DNA of 64,000 nt from Deferrisomatales bacterium (GCA_029211085.1 JARGFW010000001.1:35485-99484); one strand, 5' to 3'; counted from the stretch's first letter, positions 43,377 through 55,112 are shown. The notes: generated by a model from the letters alone, not told the origin. A program made the numbers and translations.

Positions 43377-43733
43377 TTATCTCGGGTTCTGTTGTTCCTC
43401 GATCGCCTTGCAGTCCACGCACAAGACGGTGTGGGGCAGGATCTGCAGCCGCGCCGCGCCGATCTCTTCACCACACGCCTCGCAGAAGCCGAAGGTATCG
43501 TGGTCAAGGCGCTCCAGGGCGTCGTCGATCTCCCGCAGTTGCCGCCGCTCCCGATCCCCCAGCCCCAGCAGCAGTTGCCGGGCCGCGGTGTTGGCGGCGG
43601 CATCGCCCACGTCCTGGGCTCCGTCCTGTCCCAGGGCGAAACCGTCATGGGTGCGGGTGCTGGCGTCGCCGGCGAGTTCCCTGCGCTGCGCCAACAACCG
43701 GCGGAAAAACTCCTCCTTCTGCTCCCTATCCAT
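43377..43733 (-). CDS. dksA: DksA/TraR C4 zinc-finger protein
   Basis: DVGDAA coiled-coil tip (DxxDxA); CEAC...CVDC. Confidence 0.8.
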   Translation of the reverse strand: MDREQKEEFFRRLLAQRRELAGDASTRTHDGFALGQDGAQDVGDAAANTAARQLLLGLGDRERRQLREIDDALERLDHDTFGFCEACGEEIGAARLQILPHTVLCVDCKAIEEQQNPR

Positions 43734-43996
43734 CGGACCCTCCGACTGCAGTCGTTGCCCCGGTCACCCTCCCAGCAGGGGTGTACACGGTAAAGCCCCC
43801 ACGCGCAGCATACCACGGCATCGTCCAGGTACTGGACCGTGGGGGAGCCTGGGGACGCCTGTAGGGGGCACGTCGCTCTGGGTGATCTTGACGGGAACCG
43901 CCGACGCAACGCGCCCCGGCGCCAACCGTACCGCAAGTACCGCCCTCTTCCCGCGGCCTTTCCGGTCGGGGCACACAGCCCGTTCGGCGGTTTGCC

Positions 43997-45931
43997 TCAG
44001 TCACGGCCCCGGGGACCGAGCACCCGCACATCACCTCGGCGCATGGTGATCTTTCTGCCGTCCAGGTACTCCAACAGGGGGATGGTGTACTTGCGGGTGG
44101 TCCCGGTGATCTCCTTGATCTCCGGAACGCCGATCTCCGTCTGTCGCTCCAGCACCGCCACCACCTCCCGGCCCAGGCGCTCGAGAGCAGCGGTGGCGAA
44201 GAAGAACCCCTCCTTGGTGCGGGTGAGCACCCCGAGGCTCGCCAACAGGTCCAACACCGGCTGCAGGCTCGCGGCGCCCTCCCCCAGGTCGGCGGCAACC
44301 TCCTCCCGGGTGGGCGCGGCGTAGCCCCGTGCTTCCACGCAGGCGAGCACGCGTTCGCGCAGCTCTTCGTCGTCGGCGCTCAGGGTCACGGTGAAGTCGG
44401 TGCGCCGCACCAGGTCCTGGTCGAACACCACCCGCTGCTCGGCTGCCAACCGCTGCAACACGAACTCCACCAGCCGCGCCTCGATGTAGCGGGGGAACTT
44501 GGTACGCAGTTCCTCCAGGCCGAGCCCCTTGCGCAGGGGGTGTTCCCGATGGAACGTGGCCAGGGTTTCCAGGGCCCGCTCCTCCAGTCGAGATACCACC
44601 CCCGGGGCGTGATGCAGCTGGCTCTTGCGTTCGGTGACCAGGGCTGCACCGTTGCGCACCGCCAGCTGCAGCTGCCGGCGGGCCTCCTCCAGGGGCACCC
44701 CCAGAGTGACCTGGGTTTCCAGGGGGTCGAGCCCGGCGAAACCCCGCAACTGCAGGAACGTCGCCAGCTGCTCCCCCGGCTCGCCGCCATCCAAGATCTG
44801 TAGAGCACGCAGCACCTCGGGGTCGCGCCCCTTGTGCCGCCGGGGGCGTTGGTCCAGCACCCGCCCCCCCCCCACGGTGACCACCGGCGACAGGGAGCGC
44901 ACCACGAAGGGGTCCCCCGGGCAGGCGATGAACTGCTCGCTGGAGCGCAACTGCACATACGCCCCGTCCCCGGGCAACAGTTCGTCGCGATCGAGCAACG
45001 CCACCGTCACCGGCACCTCCTGGGTGGCCAGGTGCAGGCGTAGGTGGGTGCGATCGGCCAGGGGCTTGGTGGCCGAGGCCAGCAGCCGCAACCGGGCATC
45101 CACCATGTAGCTGGGGCGCAGTTCCCCCGGGTGGCTCACAGTGTCTCCCCGATGCAGGTCGTCCAGTTCCAGGCCGCTGAGGTTCAGAGCCACCCGCTGC
45201 CCGGCCGAAGCCCGCTCCACCAGGCGGCCGTGTACCTGGATGCCCCGCACCTTGCCGCGCCGGCCGCCCACCTGAACCTGCACCTCATCGTCTTTGCGCA
45301 CCCCGCCCGCCACCACGGTGCCGGTGACCACGGTGCCGAAACCCTTCATGGTAAATACCCGATCCACGGGCAGACGGAACGCCCCCTTGGCACTGCGCTG
45401 CTCCAGGGACGCCACCACGCGGTCCAGCGCGACGACCAGTGCGTCCATGCCGGCCCCGGTGACCGACGACACGGGCAGGATCGGTGCTCCCTCCAAGAAC
45501 GTCCCCGCCACCGTCTCGCGTACGTCTTCCCGGGCGAGAGCCACCATCTCTTCGTCCACCATGTCGGTCTTGGTCAGGGCCACCAGACCGGTGGGAACCT
45601 GCAGCAGCGAGCAGATCTCCAGATGTTCGCGGGTCTGGGGCATCACCCCCTCGTCGGCAGCCACCACCAACATCACGAAATCGATGCCGCTCACCCCGGC
45701 CACCATGTTCTTCACGAACCGCTCGTGACCCGGCACGTCCACGATCGCCAGTTCCTCGCCGCTGGGCAGTGACAGATGGGCGAAGCCGAGTTCGATGGTG
45801 ATGCCGCGCTCCTTCTCCTCCTTGAGCCGGTCGGTGTCGATGCCGGTGAGGGCGCGCACCAGGGACGTCTTGCCGTGGTCGATGTGACCCGCCGTGCCCA
45901 GAACCACCCGTTTCTGCGAACTACCTGCCAT
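43997..45931 (-). CDS. selB: Selenocysteine-specific elongation factor
   Basis: [30 protein letters not shown]; C-terminal [13 protein letters not shown] winged helix. Confidence 0.96.
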   Translation of the reverse strand: MAGSSQKRVVLGTAGHIDHGKTSLVRALTGIDTDRLKEEKERGITIELGFAHLSLPSGEELAIVDVPGHERFVKNMVAGVSGIDFVMLVVAADEGVMPQTREHLEICSLLQVPTGLVALTKTDMVDEEMVALAREDVRETVAGTFLEGAPILPVSSVTGAGMDALVVALDRVVASLEQRSAKGAFRLPVDRVFTMKGFGTVVTGTVVAGGVRKDDEVQVQVGGRRGKVRGIQVHGRLVERASAGQRVALNLSGLELDDLHRGDTVSHPGELRPSYMVDARLRLLASATKPLADRTHLRLHLATQEVPVTVALLDRDELLPGDGAYVQLRSSEQFIACPGDPFVVRSLSPVVTVGGGRVLDQRPRRHKGRDPEVLRALQILDGGEPGEQLATFLQLRGFAGLDPLETQVTLGVPLEEARRQLQLAVRNGAALVTERKSQLHHAPGVVSRLEERALETLATFHREHPLRKGLGLEELRTKFPRYIEARLVEFVLQRLAAEQRVVFDQDLVRRTDFTVTLSADDEELRERVLACVEARGYAAPTREEVAADLGEGAASLQPVLDLLASLGVLTRTKEGFFFATAALERLGREVVAVLERQTEIGVPEIKEITGTTRKYTIPLLEYLDGRKITMRRGDVRVLGPRGRD

Positions 45932-46045
45932 CGGCCTGTACACCTCTCGGCGGATCGATAAATAGCGTTAAATGGCGGAAAACCGGGCCGATGCTAGCAA
46001 ACGGTCCGGAACGGCGCAAGCATGCCGCCGCCCCCGGCGTAGGGC

Positions 46046-46981
46046 TCAGGGGGCTGCGCGCGCCTTGCCCGGCAGCCCCCGTGTGGCCAGCAGGCATCCC
46101 CCCACCACCAGCGCCCCCCCCAGCCACTGGCTGAGCCCCGGCTGCTCCCCCAGCGCCACCCAGGAGAGGATGCCGATATAGAGCGGCAGGGTGTTGTAGA
46201 ACGCCATCGCCCCGCCGGGACCGAGGCGGCGCACTCCCTCGTTCCACGCCAGGAACGCCACGAACGACGGTCCGGCGCCGATGTAGAGCAGGGCCAGCAC
46301 CAGGGTGGTGTCGAACGCTGGCACGGTGTGGCTCACCTCGACTCCCGCGGGCACCAGCAACAGCGGCACCGCCAGCGCGGTGGACACGCCGGTGACCCAG
46401 AACGTCCCGCGGCCGGCCATAGCCAGACGCCCCAACACCGAGTAGACCCCCCACAGGGTCACCGCCGCCAGCACCAGGAGATCGCCGGGGTTCGCGCCGG
46501 ATCGCCACAGACTCGATACGGACCCGCCGGAGACGATCGTCAACACACCCAGCAAGCTGAGCAGCGCCCCGGCGACCTGGACCGGCCGCACCGGGTCGCC
46601 GAGCAGCCCCCGCGCCAGAAACACCGTGAGCAGCGGCCCCGCTCCGTTGATCAGACCGGCGTTGACCGCCGTGGTATGGTGCAACCCGGTGTACTGCAGT
46701 CCCTGAAACAGCACCACCCCGGCCAGCGCCATGCCCAACAGCAGCGCAACGTCTCGCCATGTGGGTGGAGCCCGCCACTCGCGGCGCCGCCACAGCACCA
46801 CCGCGAACAGGCAGGAGGCCACCGCGGCGCGCACGAAGGTCAGGCTCCAGGGCCCGATCTTCTGGTGCAGCGCGCGGCCCAGCACTACGTTGCCGGCCCA
46901 CAGTAGGGTAGCCAGGTTCACCAGAAGGTAGGCCTGTAGGCGCCGCCCCGCCCCGGGCCCCCCGGGAAGTAGTTTTCTCAA
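46046..46981 (-). CDS. DMT/EamA-family transporter
   Basis: LLWAGN, two EamA repeats, about 10 TM. Confidence 0.88.
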   Translation of the reverse strand: MRKLLPGGPGAGRRLQAYLLVNLATLLWAGNVVLGRALHQKIGPWSLTFVRAAVASCLFAVVLWRRREWRAPPTWRDVALLLGMALAGVVLFQGLQYTGLHHTTAVNAGLINGAGPLLTVFLARGLLGDPVRPVQVAGALLSLLGVLTIVSGGSVSSLWRSGANPGDLLVLAAVTLWGVYSVLGRLAMAGRGTFWVTGVSTALAVPLLLVPAGVEVSHTVPAFDTTLVLALLYIGAGPSFVAFLAWNEGVRRLGPGGAMAFYNTLPLYIGILSWVALGEQPGLSQWLGGALVVGGCLLATRGLPGKARAAP

Positions 46982-47016
46982 GGTTTTCCTCTATCTCGCC
47001 GAAGCGGAGAAACAGC

Positions 47017-47775
47017 ATGCCCCAGTTCATCGTCGCCAGCGCCGATCTCGACCTCGCCCGCGGTCGCGCGACCCTTCACGGCCCCGAGGCGAAACACTGC
47101 ACCGCGGTGGTACGCCTGCGTGCCGGCGATCCAATCCTTCTCACCGACGGGTCGGGCCGGCGCTGGCAGGGAACCTGTGCCGGCGCAGGAGGTTCCCGGG
47201 TCCAGGTGGAACAACTGCAACCCCTGGCCGCCAACGAACCGGGGTTGCACCTGGAGCTGCTCCAGGGGCTGCCCAAAGGAGACCGTTGGGACGACGTGCT
47301 GGAGAAGGGTACCGAGTTGGGCGTAACGGCGTTTCGCCCCCTCTACACCGCACGCAGCGTACCGCACATTCCGCTTCCGCGTCTGGACAAACGCATGCAG
47401 CGCTGGCATGAGAAACTGCGGGCGGCCCTGAAGCAGTGTGAACGCGGTCGCCTTCCCCTCCTGGAGGAACCCGCGCCCCTGGACCGCTGCCTGCGGCACC
47501 TGGGTCCTTGCGGCACAGGGGAACTGCGGCTGGTGCTGGCTGAACGCGCCTCTGGCGAACCCTGGCCGGACAGCGGCGCAACCCGCACGATCCGCCTGGC
47601 CGTCGGTCCCGAAGGCGGCTGGGCCCCGGAAGAACGTCAGCTGCTGCAGGATGCGAACTTCCGCCCGGTTTCCCTGGGGCCTCGCATCCTACGCACCGAC
47701 ACCGCAGCCCTGGCCGGCTGCGCCCTGGTCATGCAGCGCTGGGGAGACCTTGTCTCTGCAGACGCCCGATGGTAG
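47017..47775 (+). CDS. rsmE: 16S rRNA m3U1498 methyltransferase
   Basis: EKGTELGV, VGPEGGW, SLGPRILRTDTA. Confidence 0.92.
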   Translation: MPQFIVASADLDLARGRATLHGPEAKHCTAVVRLRAGDPILLTDGSGRRWQGTCAGAGGSRVQVEQLQPLAANEPGLHLELLQGLPKGDRWDDVLEKGTELGVTAFRPLYTARSVPHIPLPRLDKRMQRWHEKLRAALKQCERGRLPLLEEPAPLDRCLRHLGPCGTGELRLVLAERASGEPWPDSGATRTIRLAVGPEGGWAPEERQLLQDANFRPVSLGPRILRTDTAALAGCALVMQRWGDLVSADARW

Positions 47776-47815
47776 CTTCGCTCCACGATACCCGTTTCAC
47801 GGAGGGATATGCGCG

Positions 47816-48253
47816 ATGAAGTGCCCCAAGTGCAACTACTCCAGCTTCGACTACCTTGAATCCTGCAAGCGCTGCGGGACGGACCTGCGCGACGCGCGCA
47901 GCCTGCTACAGATCATCTCGGTGTCCCCCGAGGATCAGGCTCCCGCCGCGCCGACGATGGAAATGCTCGATGAGGAGCCCCTGGACGAAGGCGCGCAGGC
48001 GGAGGAGAGTTCTTTCGGCGACATGCGGCCCCTGGACGAAGATGAAGAGATCCTGGATGGGCTGGACTTCGACGGGTCGTTCGACGACCTGGTGGAGCCG
48101 ACCAGCTACGCCGACCAGGAGCCGCTGGTGGAACGGACGAGCTACGCAGACTCGGCTGCCGACGTTTCCCGAGATCCGGTCCCCCCCCTCGATGAGGAGA
48201 ACGACGGGCTGCTAGACCTGGATTTTGGGGATCTGTTCGAAGAGAAGAAGTAG
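47816..48253 (+). CDS. Hypothetical protein: N-terminal zinc ribbon plus acidic tail
   Basis: GGAGG-ATG; MKCPKCNYSSFDYLESCKRCG; D/E-rich remainder. Confidence 0.75.
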   Translation: MKCPKCNYSSFDYLESCKRCGTDLRDARSLLQIISVSPEDQAPAAPTMEMLDEEPLDEGAQAEESSFGDMRPLDEDEEILDGLDFDGSFDDLVEPTSYADQEPLVERTSYADSAADVSRDPVPPLDEENDGLLDLDFGDLFEEKK

Positions 48254-48291
48254 AAGGAGCCGCGCTCTCTACAACGCACCCGGCAGCAGTC

Positions 48292-48321
48292 TTGACAGGC
48301 TGTCGGACGGTGGAGTAGCCT
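48292..48321 (+). promoter_or_regulatory. Sigma-70 promoter of tRNA-Phe
   Basis: TTGACA-18 bp-TAGCCT just upstream of the tRNA. Confidence 0.5.
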
Positions 48322-48337
48322 TCCGCACCTTACCGGC

Positions 48338-48413
48338 GCCCAGGTAGCTCAGTCGGTAGAGCAGGGGACTGAAAATCCCCGTGTCGGCGGTTCGATTCCG
48401 TCCCTGGGCACCA
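48338..48413 (+). tRNA. tRNA-Phe (GAA)
   Basis: GCCCAGG/CCTGGGC acceptor stem, GGGGA-CTGAAAA-TCCCC anticodon arm, GGTTCGATTCC T arm, encoded CCA; 76 nt. Confidence 0.97.
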
Positions 48414-48480
48414 GTTTTACAGGACTCTCGCCAACCCTTGGGACACGCTGGGGACGCGCTGGAGTGAAATCGAGGTACAA

Positions 48481-48516
48481 AGAGAGCCCGAGCGGTCACC
48501 CCGCCCGGGCTTTTCT
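48481..48516. terminator. Probable bidirectional terminator between tRNA-Phe and glmS
   Basis: AGAGAGCCCGAGCGG-loop-CCGCCCGGGCTTTTCT. Confidence 0.6.
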
Positions 48517-48612
48517 GTGTCAGCGTTGTTCGGCGCCCGGCCGCGGTCAGAAGAACACCCCGTGCCAGTAACTTTCGTACCTATACACCAACTTGCCTCA
48601 AGGCCCTGGCCC

Positions 48613-50442
<1,830 letters not shown>

Positions 50443-50463
50443 GGCTTTGAACTCCCTAAGGAC

Positions 50464-50530
50464 GGTTTTGGGTTTTGGTTGGTGGGTTTTGGGTGAACCC
50501 ACAACTCACGACTTAAAGCTCACAACTTGC
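50464..50530. repeat. Two opposed arrays of degenerate heptamers in the glmU-glmS spacer
   Basis: GGTTTTG|GGTTTTG|GTTGGTG|GGTTTTG then AACCCAC|AACTCAC|GACTTAA|AGCTCAC|AACTTGC. Confidence 0.7.
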
Positions 50531-50535
50531 TTCCT

Positions 50536-51915
50536 CTACTTCTTCTTGCGCGGCCGGCGCGCGGCCCAGCCGTCCAGGTTGCGCTGCTTGGCCCGGGCGA
50601 CACCCAAGGCCGCGTCCGGCACGTCCTGGGTGACGGTGGAGCCGGCGGCCACGGTGGCCTCGGCGCCAATCGTGACCGGCGCCACCAGGCTGGCGTTGGA
50701 GCCGATGAACGCGCCGTCGCCGATGACCGTGCGGTGCTTGTTGGCGCCGTCGTAGTTGCAGGTGATGGTACCGGCCCCGATGTTGGCGCCATCTCCCACC
50801 AGGGTGTCCCCCAGATAGGAGAGGTGGTTGGCCTTGCTGCCGACCCCCAGGGTGGTCTTCTTCATCTCCACGAAGTTGCCGACCCTGGAGCCCCGAAGCA
50901 TCTCGGTGCCAGGGCGCAGGTGGGCGAACGGGCCCACCTGGGTGTCCGGCCCCACCTCGGCCTCGGCAAGCACGCAGTAAGGCTTGATGTGTGCGCCGGC
51001 GCCGATGACGCTGTCGGTCGCCACCACCCCCTGGTCCAGGCGCGCGCCGGCCGCCACCCGGGTGCTCCCCTCCAGCCGGCAGTTCGGCCCCACGCTGGCG
51101 TCGGGCTCCAGCGCCACCCCGGGTTCGATCCAGGTGGTGTCCGGGTCCTCCAGAGTCACTCCGGCCTCCATCCAGGCACGGTTGATGCGCCGCCGCAGCA
51201 CCGCGGCGGCCGCGGCCAGGTGGGTGCGGGAGTTGATGCCCATCACCTCTTCCGGATCTTCCAGCACCAGGGAGGCTGCCCGACCCGCGGCGGCCGCCGC
51301 GGCCACCACGTCGGTCAGGTAGTACTCCCCCTGGCTGTTGGCGTTGCCCACCCGGGCCAGGGCCTCCCACAGCCAGGGCAGTTCCACGGCGTAGGTGCCG
51401 GTGTTGACCTCGTCGATCCGCAGTTCCTCCGGCGAGCAGTCGCGGTGCTCGACGATCCCCCGCAGGTTGCCGACGCCGTCGTGCACCAGGCGGCCGTAGC
51501 CGGAAGGGTCCGCCGGTCGCATGGACAGCACGGTGACCGCCGCGCCCGTGGCGGCGTGCTGTGCGGCCAGTCGGGTGAGGGTCTCCGAGCGCAACAGGGG
51601 GACGTCCCCACACAGGATCAGGGCGGTGCCGGCAAAACCCTGCAGGGCCTCCCGGGCGCACAGGGCGGCGTGGCCGGTGCCATGCTGCTCGGCCTGCAGG
51701 GCGAACGCCAGGTCGGCGCCGGGCAGGGCGTCGCGCACCTGTTCTGCCTGGTGGCCCACCACGCACACCACCCGGCCCACCCCGGCGTCGCGGCAGGCCT
51801 CCACCGGGAAACGGATCAGGGGGCGGCCCAGCAGGGGATGGAGCACCTTGGCGCGCTCGGAGTTCATGCGGGTGCCCTTGCCGGCGGCGAGGATGAGGGA
51901 GCAGACCTGTTTCAT
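50536..51915 (-). CDS. glmU: Bifunctional UDP-GlcNAc pyrophosphorylase / acetyltransferase
   Basis: LAAGKGTRM, GEYYLTD, hexapeptide repeats, GNFVEMKK, TCNYDG. Confidence 0.97.
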   Translation of the reverse strand: MKQVCSLILAAGKGTRMNSERAKVLHPLLGRPLIRFPVEACRDAGVGRVVCVVGHQAEQVRDALPGADLAFALQAEQHGTGHAALCAREALQGFAGTALILCGDVPLLRSETLTRLAAQHAATGAAVTVLSMRPADPSGYGRLVHDGVGNLRGIVEHRDCSPEELRIDEVNTGTYAVELPWLWEALARVGNANSQGEYYLTDVVAAAAAAGRAASLVLEDPEEVMGINSRTHLAAAAAVLRRRINRAWMEAGVTLEDPDTTWIEPGVALEPDASVGPNCRLEGSTRVAAGARLDQGVVATDSVIGAGAHIKPYCVLAEAEVGPDTQVGPFAHLRPGTEMLRGSRVGNFVEMKKTTLGVGSKANHLSYLGDTLVGDGANIGAGTITCNYDGANKHRTVIGDGAFIGSNASLVAPVTIGAEATVAAGSTVTQDVPDAALGVARAKQRNLDGWAARRPRKKK

Positions 51916-52007
51916 GGGGCGTTTCTCCAGCGCGTTCGGGTGGATCGTTCTGGACGCGGCGTCGCCATTATGTTTTTGGGGTCGGGGCCGTGCAACGCCG
52001 TGCCGGG

Positions 52008-52568
52008 TCAGGGCGCCGAGAGCAGTAGGTGCGGGCCGGCCGCGCGGATCTCCACCCGGTAGGCACCCAGGTAGTTCATGCCCAGCAGCCCGTCGGTGCC
52101 GGGCACGGCGTCGTGGACGATCACCTGCAGGGGGGCGGAGCGGCGCCCGCCCACCGCGATCACCACGCCCTCCGCCCAGCCGGCCTCCACCACGCCGTTG
52201 GCGGTGTGGACTTGAACCGGCGGGTCGGTGCGGATGGGGATGCCCAGACTTTGCACCACCCGTGGTGCCAGCACCGTGGAGGTGGCGCCGGTGTCCAGCA
52301 CCAGCCGCACCGTGGCCTGGTCGTTCACCGTGGCTCCCACCACGAACCCCTGGGCCGCGCTTTCCAGGGGGATCAGGTGGGGCTGGGGCGCGGGGGGGAG
52401 CCGGTCGTCCAGGGCGCGAAGTTGGGCGTGGTACTGTGGGGGTACGGAGTGCAGGTTGTCGGCGAAGTGGGTTGAACCGCGCTCATCGACCCAGCGGTAG
52501 ATCTCTGCCCGGGCGAAGCCCACCAGCGCGGCCAACAGACAAAGGCCAGCGCTCAGCGCCAGTGGCAC
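52008..52568 (-). CDS. Exported DUF4124-like plus retropepsin-like aspartic protease
   Basis: Signal peptide; IYRWVDERG; LVLDTGAT, TANG, GLLGMNYL. Confidence 0.85.
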   Translation of the reverse strand: MPLALSAGLCLLAALVGFARAEIYRWVDERGSTHFADNLHSVPPQYHAQLRALDDRLPPAPQPHLIPLESAAQGFVVGATVNDQATVRLVLDTGATSTVLAPRVVQSLGIPIRTDPPVQVHTANGVVEAGWAEGVVIAVGGRRSAPLQVIVHDAVPGTDGLLGMNYLGAYRVEIRAAGPHLLLSAP

Positions 52569-53920
52569 ATGGCGCAGATGGCGCCGGGGTCGGCGCGCAG
52601 CCGTCGCGCCGTTCCGGGAGGCGGCTGCGCGTGGGGATCGTGGCAGGTGATGCACGTGACTGCTCCTCCGGCCCCGAGGGGCAGGGACTCGTCCGGTTTG
52701 ATCTTCCCGCTGGGCTCTCGGAGATGATCGGCACCGGAGGGGTGAGGCTTTACATCGTGGCAGCGCAGACACACCATTTTGGCTACCGTGAGAAGGCCCC
52801 GGTCCTTGCTCCCGGGCACCGGCCGGGACTCGTGGCACTGGGTACACAACTTCTCGTCTTCCACGTGGGGGTTGACCTTGCGGTACAACTCCCGGTCGTG
52901 GCAGCTCCAACACAGGTCCATCACCAGGTTGACCCGGTCGTAGAACCGTTCCGACATGTGCTGTTGATCCGTGGCACAGTTGTTGTCGTGGCAGGTGTAG
53001 CAGGTGATGCGGCCGTTCTTGTCGAAGGGAAGCTGCCGGCTGGAGTTCTTCAGATACTCCAGCATCACCGGGGGCATGGGCAGCCCCGTGGGGTGGTGCC
53101 CCTTGTCGGTGACGTGGCAGGAGACGCACATCACGTTGATGTCGCCGCGGTAGCGCAGGGCGTAGTCGGGGGGGGAAATGTCGCCACCGACACCGACACT
53201 ATGGCACGCCTTGCAGGCGGAGTAGATGTCCAGGTGGGGGTTGGTCTCTCGGCCGCGCTCGTAGTGCTGGGCGAACTCGGGGCGCACGTAGTGGGTGGTG
53301 GTGGTGGTGCCGTGGGGGTCGTGGCAGGTGAAGCAGGTCCAGCTCCCGTCCGCGGCCAGGGGTAACCCCTCGGGGAACGACAGGGAGGGGTCGATGTTGC
53401 GCGGGTGGTCCTTGGCCACCACGTCGTGGCAGAAGTCGCACAGCTTCACGATGTCGGCGCGGGCCACCCCCTTGGTCCCCGCCCCGGGGATCGACGCGTG
53501 GCAGTAGGCGCAGCGGGCGGTGCCGCGTTTGGCCTGGTGAGGGTTGGTGCGGGTCATCTTGGCGCCATGGCACTGGGCGCAAAACGCCGATCGATCGGTC
53601 ACCCCGTCGGGAGCATTGAGGAACTTGTGGACCGGGTCGCCGCCGTGCAGCTGGTGGCAGGTGCGGCACAACAGCCGGCCGTCGCCACCGAGCTGCATGT
53701 GGGCGGGGACGTGGATCCCCGGGATCATCCCCACCGGGTGGATGTTGGTGGCGGCGTCGTGGCAGTCCACACAGTCCAGGGGAGTGTTTGACTCCGGGGC
53801 TTCGGCGTGGCAGTCCTCACAGTCCAGTTCCCCGTGCCGGCCCGTCACCGGCGGCGGTTCGGCGGCGGCCGCGGCCACCCCGATCAGCAGGCCGGCGAGC
53901 CCTGCCAGCAGCCGGTTCAT
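52553..53920 (-). CDS. Exported multiheme cytochrome c (15 CxxCH)
   Basis: Signal peptide; 15 CxxCH counted in 455 aa. Confidence 0.93.
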   Translation of the reverse strand: MNRLLAGLAGLLIGVAAAAAEPPPVTGRHGELDCEDCHAEAPESNTPLDCVDCHDAATNIHPVGMIPGIHVPAHMQLGGDGRLLCRTCHQLHGGDPVHKFLNAPDGVTDRSAFCAQCHGAKMTRTNPHQAKRGTARCAYCHASIPGAGTKGVARADIVKLCDFCHDVVAKDHPRNIDPSLSFPEGLPLAADGSWTCFTCHDPHGTTTTTHYVRPEFAQHYERGRETNPHLDIYSACKACHSVGVGGDISPPDYALRYRGDINVMCVSCHVTDKGHHPTGLPMPPVMLEYLKNSSRQLPFDKNGRITCYTCHDNNCATDQQHMSERFYDRVNLVMDLCWSCHDRELYRKVNPHVEDEKLCTQCHESRPVPGSKDRGLLTVAKMVCLRCHDVKPHPSGADHLREPSGKIKPDESLPLGAGGAVTCITCHDPHAQPPPGTARRLRADPGAICAMCHWR

Positions 53921-54870
53921 TGGGCCCCCCGCAGTTGCTGGGCCAGTTGCAGCACCTGGTGCTTCGAGCGCTCGTCCTCCACCTGGGGAAACAGCTGCAG
54001 GGCCTGCTCCAGCAACTCCAGGGCCCGCTCGCGCTGCTGCCGCTTGACCAGTAGCTGGGCCATGTTCAGCCGGATCACGTAGGTGATCGGGTGGGTCTGG
54101 TCCACCCCCAGGATCTCCTCGTACACCCGCAACGCCTCGTCCTCACGGCCCATCTCCTGGTAGAGTTTCGCCTCCAGCCGGCGACCGGGCAGGTAGCGGG
54201 GCGCCCACTCCTTGAGCTGCTGCACCTTTTCCATGGCCAGGTCCAGCTCCCCCACCCGGGAGATCGCCACCGCCTCGTTGTAGGCGGCGAGACGCGTGAA
54301 CACGCTGCGCAGATTGAAGCGAGCCTCGGCGTAGTCCGGGTCCAGGACCAGGGCCTGGCGGAACGCCTCCACCGCCTGGTCGTACTGGTCCAGATAGTAG
54401 AGGGCGATGCCGATGGCGTTGAGCACGTCTCCCGGGTTGCTGAACGCCGGCTCCAGGCGCTGGAAGGTGTGCAGGGAGTCCAGGGCGTTCTCGTACTCGC
54501 CGCCCTTGAGCTGCAGCAGGCCGAGGAAGTAGTGGGCCTGGTACAGCGCCCGCTGGGATTCTGCCGGCGGGTTCGCCTGGAGCAGCAGCAGCAGCCGGGC
54601 GTAGGCGTCCACGGCGCCCTGGTAGTGGCGGGTCTCCTGGTCGAACAGCTCATGGTAGATGCGTCCCAGGGCAAAGGCCGGGAACGGATAGGTGGGATCT
54701 GCCTCTTCGGAGGCCTGGAACAGCGCGATCGCCGCCTCCAGCTGCCCGGCCCGGTAGGAGCGCAGCCCCTTCTTGTACAGGGCGGTGGCGTCGTCCCGGT
54801 CGGCGTGGGCCGGTGCGACTGCGACCAGACACAGCAGCAACCACAGGGCGAGGATGCGGGGTACCTTCAT
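53917..54870 (-). CDS. Exported tetratricopeptide-repeat protein
   Basis: Signal peptide from ATG 54870; TPR helices; stop overlaps cytochrome ATG. Confidence 0.85.
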   Translation of the reverse strand: MKVPRILALWLLLCLVAVAPAHADRDDATALYKKGLRSYRAGQLEAAIALFQASEEADPTYPFPAFALGRIYHELFDQETRHYQGAVDAYARLLLLLQANPPAESQRALYQAHYFLGLLQLKGGEYENALDSLHTFQRLEPAFSNPGDVLNAIGIALYYLDQYDQAVEAFRQALVLDPDYAEARFNLRSVFTRLAAYNEAVAISRVGELDLAMEKVQQLKEWAPRYLPGRRLEAKLYQEMGREDEALRVYEEILGVDQTHPITYVIRLNMAQLLVKRQQRERALELLEQALQLFPQVEDERSKHQVLQLAQQLRGAQ

Positions 54871-55112
54871 GGTGTCTCGCGATCCGGTTGACCACGCGGC
54901 AACCGCGGGAGGCGGCTTCCTCCCCGGGGCGGCCGGGGCCTGCAGACAATTCACGCGTAGGATAGACGGGGTATATCACGGACGCAATGCGGCCGGCATC
55001 CTCCAAAAGGGTGAATCGGTCCCGCAAGGACTTGCACGACCCCGGGCCCGGTGTCATTCTTGCCCCTCCGAACCCGTGACCCATCCCCCCTGAGTGGAGA
55101 GAGGAGCGCACC

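Noticed and set aside
50443-50535. glmS ribozyme
   Set aside because: The spacer is only 93 bp, mostly heptamer repeats, with no recognisable core
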